Virus record (IMG/VR): IMGVR_UViG_3300033068_001747
From: a virus
Taxonomy: Duplodnaviria > Caudoviricetes
DNA: 64,000 bases
Strand: one strand, 5' to 3'
The notes under the pieces were generated by a model. It did not search any database. It worked only from the letters and a program-made list of their open reading frames with translations, and was not told the origin of the DNA. Shown here piece after piece: positions 30,255 through 39,262 of this stretch; within the stretch, counting starts at the first letter, position 1; the number at the start of each line of letters is the position of its first letter. The position numbers were made by a program, and so were the translations under genes.

Positions 30255-31313
30255 TTAAACATTTCTTTTATTTGAAAGATAATCAGTATAATTTGCTACA
30301 ATTGAATTTACTTTTTTGAAGTCACGTGGAGTTTTACCAGTAAAATCAACATCTAAGTAAAATAAAAATTCAAAGAAATCTAAATTATATTTATTTATAT
30401 CTCTTACAAGATTTTTATTATTTAAAACCTGAATTATTTTTTCTTGTGTGATTTTATCATTCATATCTTTTAGATAACCGTTCTTGATCATCCATTTTTT
30501 TAGACCGTGAAATCTAACATAAACCTCCGCAGGTGAAGTTAAATACTTAGTATCTTTTTTATCATCAAACATTCCAGAAAACTGATTTTTGAAATCATCT
30601 TCTGCCTCTTTAAATACCTTTTTACCTTCTTCATCATGAACATCCTCATATTTAACATCCACTGCTAATTCAACTAATTTTCTAGAGTAAAAGTCAATTT
30701 TTTCTTGTAATCTTTTCTTACCTTCAGGAGTTCCTAATACAATGTCCTTATCTAAAATATCAACTATATTTGTAAGTTCACTATAATCTTGACTATCAAA
30801 TTCATCACCTCCTAAAATATCATCAACTAAATGTCTAAGTTCATGAATAATGATATGAGGTGCAGCAAATGAACTAAGTTTCTTCTCATCAATTATAATT
30901 GCAGTAACTAATTGCATTTTCTCATTAAAGTGTCTAAAGTAACAAGCCATAGTACCTTCATTCTCACCAATTATCTCCATTGTCTTACTATCAACACAAA
31001 CAAACTTTATATCTTTAACAATAGATATGACTTTTTGTTTTTTGATAGAGTCAATATTATTAGTTGTTTCAATATCTTTGATTAGTTCTGCTCTAATCTT
31101 TTCAATAAAAGCACTCTCACTTTTTGAAGGTTGATTATTTATATCGTTTATTGTAGCATCTATTTCCTTACCTGTCATATGAGGTAAAGTTTTCTTACCA
31201 AAATAATGATTTATCCCAATTGCAATAGCTAATCCAACAATAAGTTGTTTCCAGGTTACTTCAACCTCGTTTTTTTCATTGAGTAACTCCTCACTAGATT
31301 TAATATGCTTCAT
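30255..31313 (-). CDS. Putative zinc metalloprotease (HExxH) with N-terminal leader and TM helix
   Basis: IIHELRH, YLTSPAE; start reassigned to MKHIKSSEELLNE. Confidence 0.6.
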   Translation of the reverse strand: MKHIKSSEELLNEKNEVEVTWKQLIVGLAIAIGINHYFGKKTLPHMTGKEIDATINDINNQPSKSESAFIEKIRAELIKDIETTNNIDSIKKQKVISIVKDIKFVCVDSKTMEIIGENEGTMACYFRHFNEKMQLVTAIIIDEKKLSSFAAPHIIIHELRHLVDDILGGDEFDSQDYSELTNIVDILDKDIVLGTPEGKKRLQEKIDFYSRKLVELAVDVKYEDVHDEEGKKVFKEAEDDFKNQFSGMFDDKKDTKYLTSPAEVYVRFHGLKKWMIKNGYLKDMNDKITQEKIIQVLNNKNLVRDINKYNLDFFEFLFYLDVDFTGKTPRDFKKVNSIVANYTDYLSNKRNV

Positions 31314-31376
31314 AGTGTATATATTAAAATTTATTATTATATTTGCAACTAAACTTGAATTAAAAATATAAATAAA

Positions 31377-32633
31377 ATGAATGATAATTATAAATACGTA
31401 ACTGTTATGTTTCCCTACCCTTCTGGTAGTGGATTGCATTGTGGACACTGGTACAATTATGCAATTATAGATAGTTACTGTAGATACTTGAGATATAAAG
31501 GTGAACAAGTTTTTCAACCATTTGGTTATGACTCATTTGGTTTACCTGCAGAAAACTACGCGAAAAAAGTGGGTAGAGACCCACGAGAAGTTACTTACGA
31601 AAATATAGAAAACTTTAGAGGACAGATGAAAAACATGGACACTCAATATGAGGAAATGTTGATTACTTCTGATCCTAACTACATTGAATACACACAATGG
31701 TTGTTTAAACAATTGTATGATAAAGGATTGGCTTATAAAAAAGATGGTGAAGTTGACTTTTGTAATAGTTGTGAAACCGTATTGGCTAGAGAACAAGTAA
31801 AAGATGGTAAATGTGATAGATGTTCAAATGAAGTTGAAAAGAAAACATTGAACCAATGGTATTTTAAAATCACTGATTATAAAGAAAGATTGATTGCAGG
31901 TTTGGACCATATAGATTTCCCTGAATCTACCAAGAAAGCTCAAAGAAATTGGTTGGAAAACCAACATGATTGGTGTGTATCAAGACAAAGAAGTTGGGGT
32001 TGTCCAATTCCAATTGAAGGAGAAACTGATACAATGGACACTTTTGTAGATAGTTCTATTTATACTATAATCTATTGTATTATGAAAGGTATTAAACCTA
32101 AACCAGTTGACTTGTATGTTGGTGGTTCTGAACATGCTTGTATGCACTTGATCTATATTAGATTTATTACTATGTTCTTGCATGACATTGGGTTTATTGA
32201 CTTTGAAGAACCAATTACTAAATTGGTACATCAAGGTATGATTTTGAACCAAGGTGAGAAAATGTCTAAATCTAAAGATAATGTAGTTAGTTTGGATGGT
32301 TATGATTCTGATGAAATTAGATTTTATTTGATGTTTATTGGACATTACTTCGATGGTGGTTCTTGGTCAGATGAAAATATAATTGGTATTAGAAGATTTA
32401 TAAATAGAATGAAAACTTGGTTGGATAAAACAGGTGAGGAAACTATTGATATAGAAGCTTTCAAAAAAACTATATTTGATTTTACAGATGCGTTTAAGTT
32501 TAACAAAGTAGTGAGTTCATTTATGATTTTGTTGAACCAAAATAAAAATAAAGCATTGACTCCAGAATGTAAAGAAGAATTGATTAAATTGATTGAGATC
32601 TATATGCCTGGTATTAGAGGAAAATTAAACTAA
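31377..32633 (+). CDS. leuS: Minimal leucyl-tRNA synthetase lacking the CP1 editing and C-terminal domains
   Basis: MFPYPSG.GLHCGH, GYDSFGLPAEN, DWCVSRQRSWG.PIP, DTMDTF, GGSEHA, KMSKS; 418 aa. Confidence 0.9.
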   Translation: MNDNYKYVTVMFPYPSGSGLHCGHWYNYAIIDSYCRYLRYKGEQVFQPFGYDSFGLPAENYAKKVGRDPREVTYENIENFRGQMKNMDTQYEEMLITSDPNYIEYTQWLFKQLYDKGLAYKKDGEVDFCNSCETVLAREQVKDGKCDRCSNEVEKKTLNQWYFKITDYKERLIAGLDHIDFPESTKKAQRNWLENQHDWCVSRQRSWGCPIPIEGETDTMDTFVDSSIYTIIYCIMKGIKPKPVDLYVGGSEHACMHLIYIRFITMFLHDIGFIDFEEPITKLVHQGMILNQGEKMSKSKDNVVSLDGYDSDEIRFYLMFIGHYFDGGSWSDENIIGIRRFINRMKTWLDKTGEETIDIEAFKKTIFDFTDAFKFNKVVSSFMILLNQNKNKALTPECKEELIKLIEIYMPGIRGKLN

Positions 32634-32673
32634 TCTACTATTTTTCAATATAAGATATGAGAGGGAGGATGAA

Positions 32674-33012
32674 ATGGATAAACATAAAACAAATTTTACT
32701 AAAGATAAAGTAGTAAATAAGAGAATAAACGACTTTTTAGATAAATTTTATATGAGAGACAAAGGTAGATTTTTTTGGAAAGAAAGATGGTTTTCAATAT
32801 GTAGTACACACCAAGAATATACAAAAGAATGCAAAACTTGTAATGTTGGATGTTGGGAGAACGTATGGAGAACCAATATAGAGAAAGTAATATTTATAAT
32901 CTCACCAAAATTATACAAATGGATCTTGAAATTTAAAAAAGTGCAGTTGATAAATATAATTGAAGAAAATGAACCCAAGAAATATTACAGAAGAAATCAA
33001 AGAAAAAATTAA
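32674..33012 (+). CDS. Hypothetical protein
   Basis: ORF with C-x2-H and CxxC. Confidence 0.45.
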   Translation: MDKHKTNFTKDKVVNKRINDFLDKFYMRDKGRFFWKERWFSICSTHQEYTKECKTCNVGCWENVWRTNIEKVIFIISPKLYKWILKFKKVQLINIIEENEPKKYYRRNQRKN

Positions 33013-33178
33013 AAACGCACATTACTATAAATTTGGTGCAGTATCACCAGATGGTTTTGTTTTGATCCCAAAAGAAACTTTTGAAAGATTAAAAGACTTT
33101 GATGTTTGGAAAGAATGGAAGAATAACCCAGAATCCTTAGAACAATTAGCAATTGAGGATTTAAGAAAACAAGAATAG
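32960..33178 (+). CDS. Hypothetical protein
   Basis: ORF ending in TAG immediately before the next ATG. Confidence 0.5.
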   Translation: MKKMNPRNITEEIKEKIKNAHYYKFGAVSPDGFVLIPKETFERLKDFDVWKEWKNNPESLEQLAIEDLRKQE

Positions 33179-33742
33179 ATGAAAAAATTATTACTACTAT
33201 TATTAATTGGACTAATGTCATTTACAACAACTAATAAAAGAATACTATTTGTCGGAGACAGTTTAAGTTGTTTTAATGGTGGTTGGCAAACACAAGTTGC
33301 ACAAGGACTAGGTAAGGATTATAAAAATGTTGCAAAGTTTGGTAAAACAACAGATTGGATGTTAAATAATCTAAAAGCTCACCTAGTAAATAATAATAGT
33401 AAATATGATACCATCTTTATTTATGGTGGTATCAATGATGCTTACTCAGGAAATAGTATAAATACTATTGAAAATCTACAGAAGATGGTTGACTTATGTA
33501 ATAAATACAATATAAAACCAATTATAATTGTGGGTTATAACCCATTAAAAGTTGCAAAAGGTAGAACAAAACAACGAGATAAATATATAAGTTTACAAAG
33601 AAAAATGTTAGATCTTAAAGGTTGTAAGATTATACCAATTGATAATTCTATAGATAGACGAGATACAGAAGATGGTATACATTTAAAAAGATCAGGACAT
33701 AAAAAATTTAGTAAATTTGTATTACAAAATTTGGAGATATAA
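33179..33742 (+). CDS. Secreted SGNH/GDSL hydrolase
   Basis: Signal peptide, FVGDSLS, GGIND, DGIHL. Confidence 0.85.
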   Translation: MKKLLLLLLIGLMSFTTTNKRILFVGDSLSCFNGGWQTQVAQGLGKDYKNVAKFGKTTDWMLNNLKAHLVNNNSKYDTIFIYGGINDAYSGNSINTIENLQKMVDLCNKYNIKPIIIVGYNPLKVAKGRTKQRDKYISLQRKMLDLKGCKIIPIDNSIDRRDTEDGIHLKRSGHKKFSKFVLQNLEI

Positions 33743-33760
33743 AAATTAGTTGTATCTTTG
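33730..33760 (+). promoter_or_regulatory. Bacteroidota primary-sigma promoter for the CUA tRNA
   Basis: TTTG-N19-TATCTTTG. Confidence 0.75.
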
Positions 33761-33778
33761 TACAACAATAAAAGAAAA

Positions 33779-33857
33779 GGTCCTTCAACGTAATTGCCTT
33801 GGTGGCAAGCTGGCTTCTAAACCCAGCGTTAAACGGGTTCGAATCCTGGTGGGATCA
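33779..33857 (+). tRNA. Atypical tRNA with CUA anticodon (putative amber suppressor)
   Basis: ggtccttc/gtgggatc acceptor, ttgcc/ggcaa D hairpin, gctgg-c-TTCTAAA-c-ccagc, cggg-TTCGAAT-cctg. Confidence 0.7.
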
Positions 33858-33869
33858 CAAAAAAGTATT

Positions 33870-34073
33870 ATGCAGTTAAATAAAAAAGATAAAGTAATTC
33901 TGAATTGTGACGAATCTGATTTTGAGAATCAAGAAAATAGAAGAAATTGTATAAATAGAATTGTTACAGTACGTGATATATTTTATAGAGGAAATAAAAT
34001 TGATACATTTTTTGTAGAAGAAAATGATTATGAATGGGTTCCAGAAAATATAGTAGTTAAAGTAAAATGTTAA
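33870..34073 (+). CDS. Hypothetical protein
   Basis: Start reassigned to MQLNKKD, downstream of the tRNA. Confidence 0.5.
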   Translation: MQLNKKDKVILNCDESDFENQENRRNCINRIVTVRDIFYRGNKIDTFFVEENDYEWVPENIVVKVKC

Positions 34074-34255
34074 ATTGGATTAAAAAATTATTTACAAAAC
34101 CTTCTAAAAAAAGACTTATTGACGATTATGAATTTAACTCAATTAGAAAAGAAAAAGAAGATGAATTAAATAGAATTTTAGATAAAATATCTGAAAAGGG
34201 TATTAAGAGTTTAACAAAAAAAGAAAAAGATTTTTTAAACAGTAACAAAAAATAA
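34067..34255 (+). CDS. DUF6576-like small protein
   Basis: ELNRILDKISEKGIKSLTKKEKDFL. Confidence 0.6.
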   Translation: MLNWIKKLFTKPSKKRLIDDYEFNSIRKEKEDELNRILDKISEKGIKSLTKKEKDFLNSNKK

Positions 34256-34278
34256 TATATAAATAAAAACAAGTAATT

Positions 34279-35199
34279 ATGAAAGCAACTTAGATTAACA
34301 AAGAAGAATCAAAATTAGTAGTTATCACAAGAAGTGATTTAACTCCTGGCTACCAAGCCCAACAATCTACACACTCTGTAGCAGACTTTTCACACGAGTT
34401 TCCTCAACAATTTAAAGAATGGAAAACTACATCTAATTCTATCATCTGTTTACAAGTAAACAATGAAAAAGAATTAAACGACTTATACATAAAGTTATCC
34501 AAACTTACCTCAGTCACAAAATTTTACGAACCAGATTTAAACGATGAACTTACATCTATTTGTTTATATGCAAATAAAGATGTCAGAAAGAAAGTTTCAT
34601 ATCTTCCACTTTTAGGTAAAAAACCAAAACTTACTTATCAACAAGTTATCATTGATATGATAGCAACACCACAAACTGATACACAAAATGTATTAGAACA
34701 CGGTATATCTGTTGCAAAACACTTTGATAAACTAATTAAAGGAGAAACCGATAACTGGAAATTACCAACTTGGCTTACAGAAAATAAAGATTTTATCTTT
34801 AGTAACCTTCACAAACTAGAAGATATTAAAGAATATCAAGTAATGCACGATTGTGGTAAACCATACTGCATGACCATTGATGAACAAGGTAAAAGACACT
34901 TTCCAAATCACGCACAAGTTTCATTTGACACATTCTCTAAGATTTCTGACAACAAAGTAGTTGCAGATTTAATCTTAAAAGATATGGTATTCCATACAAT
35001 CAAAGCAAATGAAGTAGAAGATTTTGTTAAAAGTAATTCAATCGAAACCGTTTTAACATTATTAGTAACAGCACTTTGCGAATTACACTCTAATACTTCT
35101 ATGTTTGGTGGTATTGAAAGTACTTCTTTTAAAATCAAATTTAAACAATTAGATAAAAGAGGTAACCAAGTATTAAAACTATTAAAAAATAAACAGTAA
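34279..35199 (+). CDS. Pth2-like peptidyl-tRNA hydrolase fused to an HD domain; in-frame TAG at codon 5
   Basis: ATG AAA GCA ACT TAG, then open frame KLVVITRSDLTPGYQAQQSTHS...FYEPDL..ELTSICL...LPLL continuing into the 34657 ORF (EHG, HDCGKP, HFPNHA). Confidence 0.75.
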
Positions 35200-35201
35200 T
35201 T

Positions 35202-35564
35202 ATGACAACAAAAGAATTTATAAAAATGTTACAAGATGCAGATCCTACTGGAGAATCACACGTAAGAATGTATGGTGGTGTACCAATAGGTGCCGCAAGA
35301 ATACCTGGGTATTATGATGGAAATTATGCTTATATTGATGAAAATGATAATTATGTATCTACTATGAAAGGAGATAAAGTAGATATTTATTGTAGAGATT
35401 CATTTGATATTATATCAGATAATTATGATGATGATAAAACAAAAGAAGAAAATTGGGAAATTATAAAAAGTAAATTTATATTTGATTTAGGAGAAGGTGT
35501 AACCCATAAAGAAAAAATATTTATGGATAGAGTTTATAAAGAATTTGAAGAATATATAAAATAA
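35202..35564 (+). CDS. Hypothetical protein
   Basis: ORF with PGYYDG motif. Confidence 0.55.
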   Translation: MTTKEFIKMLQDADPTGESHVRMYGGVPIGAARIPGYYDGNYAYIDENDNYVSTMKGDKVDIYCRDSFDIISDNYDDDKTKEENWEIIKSKFIFDLGEGVTHKEKIFMDRVYKEFEEYIK

Positions 35565-35606
35565 AATTTGTATATTTGCAATATAATATATAAAAAGAAA
35601 AGAGTT

Positions 35607-36197
35607 ATGGCGAACGCACCTATTACACCGAAAGAAAAATTAGCTTGGGAATTTGCCCAAAGAGCACATAAAGATCAAGTAAGAAAATTTACTGGTCTAC
35701 CATATTTTGATAATCACGTACAAAAAGTAAATGGTACATTAAAACTTTACACTACTGATGAAGCAACTTTAATTGCTGCTTTATTACACGATGTTATCGA
35801 AGATTGTTATGAAAATAAATGGGAAGCTTACAATGATATTAAAGAACTTTTTGGTCAAGAGGTTGCAGACTTAGTTATGGAGCTAACTTCTGATAATGAA
35901 GAAATGAAACATAAATGGGGTGGTAATAAAACAAACTACTTAATCAACAAAATGTTGAAAATGTCTGACAAAGCGTTTACTATTAAACTATCTGATAGAT
36001 TCAATAACATTGCAGATGCATTCACTGCATCCGAAAGATTTAGAAATAACTATTACAGAGAAACTTGTGCAATAGTCGATGCAATGGAAGAAGGTAGAAC
36101 TTTTACAAGAGTTCAAAGACAATTACTTGATGATATTCAAGCAAAACTTGATAACATCAAAAGAATATTTAAAGTGAAAAAATTAAACGAAATGTAA
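35607..36197 (+). CDS. RelA/SpoT-type HD hydrolase (small alarmone hydrolase-like)
   Basis: FAQRAHKDQVRK.TGLPY..H, AALLHDVIED, IKLSDRFNN. Confidence 0.85.
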   Translation: MANAPITPKEKLAWEFAQRAHKDQVRKFTGLPYFDNHVQKVNGTLKLYTTDEATLIAALLHDVIEDCYENKWEAYNDIKELFGQEVADLVMELTSDNEEMKHKWGGNKTNYLINKMLKMSDKAFTIKLSDRFNNIADAFTASERFRNNYYRETCAIVDAMEEGRTFTRVQRQLLDDIQAKLDNIKRIFKVKKLNEM

Positions 36198-36296
36198 TAT
36201 GAAATAGATTGTAATTAGAGGTCCTACTTAATATTTTTTAACCTTAGTAAAAGAACACAAAAATAAATTAAAAACTAAAAAATAAAAATATTAAAA

Positions 36297-36713
36297 ATGG
36301 AAACACAAGTAACAAGAACAACAGTAAAAGAATTAAACCAAGACTTAAAGAGTTTATTTCAAAAAATAACATCAGTATCAGCTGATAAAAAATATGTAAT
36401 CAAAGTTGATAATGAAGAACAATCACATTTAGAGTTTGTTGAATTTCAATTAGATAATTTAACTCAAAGTGGTAGAAAGAAATTAGCAAGAAGAATTAGA
36501 CATGCTAACAAAAAACAAGGATATAGAGCTTTCAGTTCTTTCTTGTCAATGTTAAAGTCAAGAAACATTGTTAAATACAATATCAAAATTGAACAAAGTC
36601 TTAAAGAAAAAACTATTCAACAATATAGAAAAGAATATGTTAAAGCAAGAACAGATGCAGAAACATTAAGACTTAAATACATGAATGAAAAAGGAGACTT
36701 TTACAAATCATAA
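36297..36713 (+). CDS. Hypothetical basic protein
   Basis: ORF followed by a terminator. Confidence 0.55.
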   Translation: METQVTRTTVKELNQDLKSLFQKITSVSADKKYVIKVDNEEQSHLEFVEFQLDNLTQSGRKKLARRIRHANKKQGYRAFSSFLSMLKSRNIVKYNIKIEQSLKEKTIQQYRKEYVKARTDAETLRLKYMNEKGDFYKS

Positions 36714-36746
36714 AAAAGAAAACCACTCATTTGAGTGGTTTTTTTA

Positions 36747-38795
36747 TTACTTTTTAAATTTAAAAAATTCATTTAATGGTTTAAGGTATCTAAATCCTTT
36801 TTTCTCAGTAACCGGTACTGCCTTACCATTTATTAAAATACTATTACTAGACTTATCATAATCCATTTTAACAGTTCCTTCTAACTCACCACCTAAGATT
36901 TCATCTGAAAGAGGATCTTCTAAGTAATGTTGAATTGCTCTTTTTAATGGACGAGCACCCATTTTTTCATCATATCCTTTATCAATCAATAAATCTTTGA
37001 AAGCAGTAGTTATCTCTAATGATAATTTTAAATCTTTTAACTTATTCTCAACTTTCTTAATCTCTATGTCAATTATCTTATAAACATTTTCTTTAGATAA
37101 AGAAGCAAATATAACAATCTCATCAATTCTATTGATAAACTCAGGTTTTAACCTTTTACTTAATTCTGCTTTAATTATTGATTTAGCATTTTCTTCTTTA
37201 ACTGCTGGTTTATCTGAACCAAATCCAACTGGTGTTGCCATTTGATTTACTGCACTCGCACCAATATTAGAAGTCATAACAATAATAGTATTTCTAAAAT
37301 CTACCTTTCTTCCTTCACCATCAGTTAAATGACCATCATCAAATATTTGTAACATGATATCCATTACACTAGGGTGTGCTTTCTCTAACTCATCAAATAA
37401 TATGATACAATAAGGTTTTCTTCTTACCTTTTCAGTTAGTTGTCCACCTTCTCCGTATCCAACATAACCTGGAGGTGACCCAATCATTCTAGCAACATTA
37501 TGTTTCTCAGCATATTCAGACATATCAACTCTAATCATTGCATCTTCTGAACCAAATATGTTTTTAGCTAATGTTTTTACTGTGTGAGTTTTACCAGTAC
37601 CAGTACTTCCTAAGAAAAGGAATACACCAGCAGGTCTATTAGGATCTTTTAATCCTGCTCTATTTCTTCTAATAGATTTTGCAATTTTTGTAACTGCTTC
37701 ATCTTGTCCGATAATTTGCATCTTTAATTCATTCTCTAAACCTAAAAGACGTTTACCTTCATCACCAGTTACTTGTGTAGGAATACCAGTTTTTAAAGAA
37801 AGAATTCTTTCAACATCTTCTTTAGTAATAACGATTCTCGGCATTTCGGGAGTATCTTTCTTTAATTGAATTATTCTATCAACCATTTCCTTCTCACGTG
37901 GTCTTAAATCACCTGCACCTTGATAATCTTGAGCCTTTAAAAGTTCATCTTTTCTATTTCTTAATGCCAATAATTGTGTTTCTAATTCAGCAATTTCAGG
38001 TGGTGTATTTTTCTTAGCAGAGATTCTCATTTTAGCACCAACCTCATCCATTAAGTCAATTGCCTTATCAGGGAAGTATCTATCTGAAATGAATTTACCA
38101 GATAAATTAACACAAGCTTCAATGGCATCATCATTAAAAGTAACTTTGTGGAAATCTTCATAGTTCTTTTTAATTCTCATTAAAATTTCAATAGTTTCCG
38201 TCACTGATGGCTCTTCAACATTTACTTTTTGGAAACGTCTTTCTAATGCACCATCTTTCTCTAAAGAGTTTCTAAACTCATTATTAGTTGTAGCACCAAT
38301 TAAACGCATTTTACCTCTTGCTAATGCTGGTTTAATTTGATTTGCCATATCAATTGGCACAGTTTTATTTACCATTAAGTGAATCTCATCAATAAATAAT
38401 ATAATATCTGGATTTGCCTCAAGTTCATCCATTATAGCCTTAACTTTAGCTTCTAATCCACCTTGACCAGCCATAATAGTACCCATATCAAGTGCGATAA
38501 TTCTTTTACCTTCTAATGATTCTGGACAATCTTCACTAACCATCATTCTAGCAATACCTTCGATAATTGCTGTTTTACCTACACCAGGTTCACCAATAAT
38601 AACAGGGTTATTTTTATTTTTTCTGGCTAAAATCCAGATTACTTGTTCAATCTCTTTTTGTCTACCGATTACAGGATCAAGTTTATCTTCTTCGGCTAAC
38701 TTAGTCATATCAACACCATACTTATCTAAAAATGGAGTTGGCGCACTTTGTTTCTCACCTTCTGTAAACTCTTCGTAAACTTTCAATTTTTTCAT
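36747..38795 (-). CDS. clpC: ClpC/ClpB-type double AAA+ ATPase lacking the N-terminal domain
   Basis: GEPGVGKT, LFIDEIH, GSTGTGKT, LFDELEKAH, GARPL; VGF ClpP-docking loop. Confidence 0.9.
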   Translation of the reverse strand: MKKLKVYEEFTEGEKQSAPTPFLDKYGVDMTKLAEEDKLDPVIGRQKEIEQVIWILARKNKNNPVIIGEPGVGKTAIIEGIARMMVSEDCPESLEGKRIIALDMGTIMAGQGGLEAKVKAIMDELEANPDIILFIDEIHLMVNKTVPIDMANQIKPALARGKMRLIGATTNNEFRNSLEKDGALERRFQKVNVEEPSVTETIEILMRIKKNYEDFHKVTFNDDAIEACVNLSGKFISDRYFPDKAIDLMDEVGAKMRISAKKNTPPEIAELETQLLALRNRKDELLKAQDYQGAGDLRPREKEMVDRIIQLKKDTPEMPRIVITKEDVERILSLKTGIPTQVTGDEGKRLLGLENELKMQIIGQDEAVTKIAKSIRRNRAGLKDPNRPAGVFLFLGSTGTGKTHTVKTLAKNIFGSEDAMIRVDMSEYAEKHNVARMIGSPPGYVGYGEGGQLTEKVRRKPYCIILFDELEKAHPSVMDIMLQIFDDGHLTDGEGRKVDFRNTIIVMTSNIGASAVNQMATPVGFGSDKPAVKEENAKSIIKAELSKRLKPEFINRIDEIVIFASLSKENVYKIIDIEIKKVENKLKDLKLSLEITTAFKDLLIDKGYDEKMGARPLKRAIQHYLEDPLSDEILGGELEGTVKMDYDKSSNSILINGKAVPVTEKKGFRYLKPLNEFFKFKK

Positions 38796-38877
38796 AAAAA
38801 TGAATTATTTTTCTAGTATATATTATTTTTTAAAAATTAAAATCTTAACTTTATAAATTATTTTAAATATAAATTAT

Positions 38878-39189
38878 ATGACAGATGAAGATAAACAATT
38901 TTTCGAATCACTATTTGGTGGTTTAGAAAACATGGAAAAAGGTTTTGGTTATGATTATAATATGTTTTGTTGTGAACAAGGTATTTTAATTGCAGAACTA
39001 GGAACAAAAGAAGCTATTATTGATTTTAGTAAACAAGATTGGAGTAAACAAAAAGAAATGGTACACGGATTATCTGACGATCATAGTGGAAATACATTTC
39101 AAATGTCTTGCAGACTAGCAATATCATATCTACCACAGGCTAAGTCAATTAAAAGAGACGAAAAAATTAACAAAATTTTAGATAAATAA
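38878..39189 (+). CDS. Hypothetical protein with C-terminal tag
   Basis: HSGNTF motif; IKRDEKINKILDK. Confidence 0.55.
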   Translation: MTDEDKQFFESLFGGLENMEKGFGYDYNMFCCEQGILIAELGTKEAIIDFSKQDWSKQKEMVHGLSDDHSGNTFQMSCRLAISYLPQAKSIKRDEKINKILDK

Positions 39190-39262
39190 GTTTGGTGATT
39201 TAGTCAAAATAGTATATTTTTGTAAAAGAAATTAAATATATAAACAAAAGATAAATTATACT

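Noticed and set aside
32960-33742. Read-through fusion across the TAG at 33176-33178
   Set aside because: The downstream ORF has its own ATG and N-terminal signal peptide, so in-frame adjacency is probably chance
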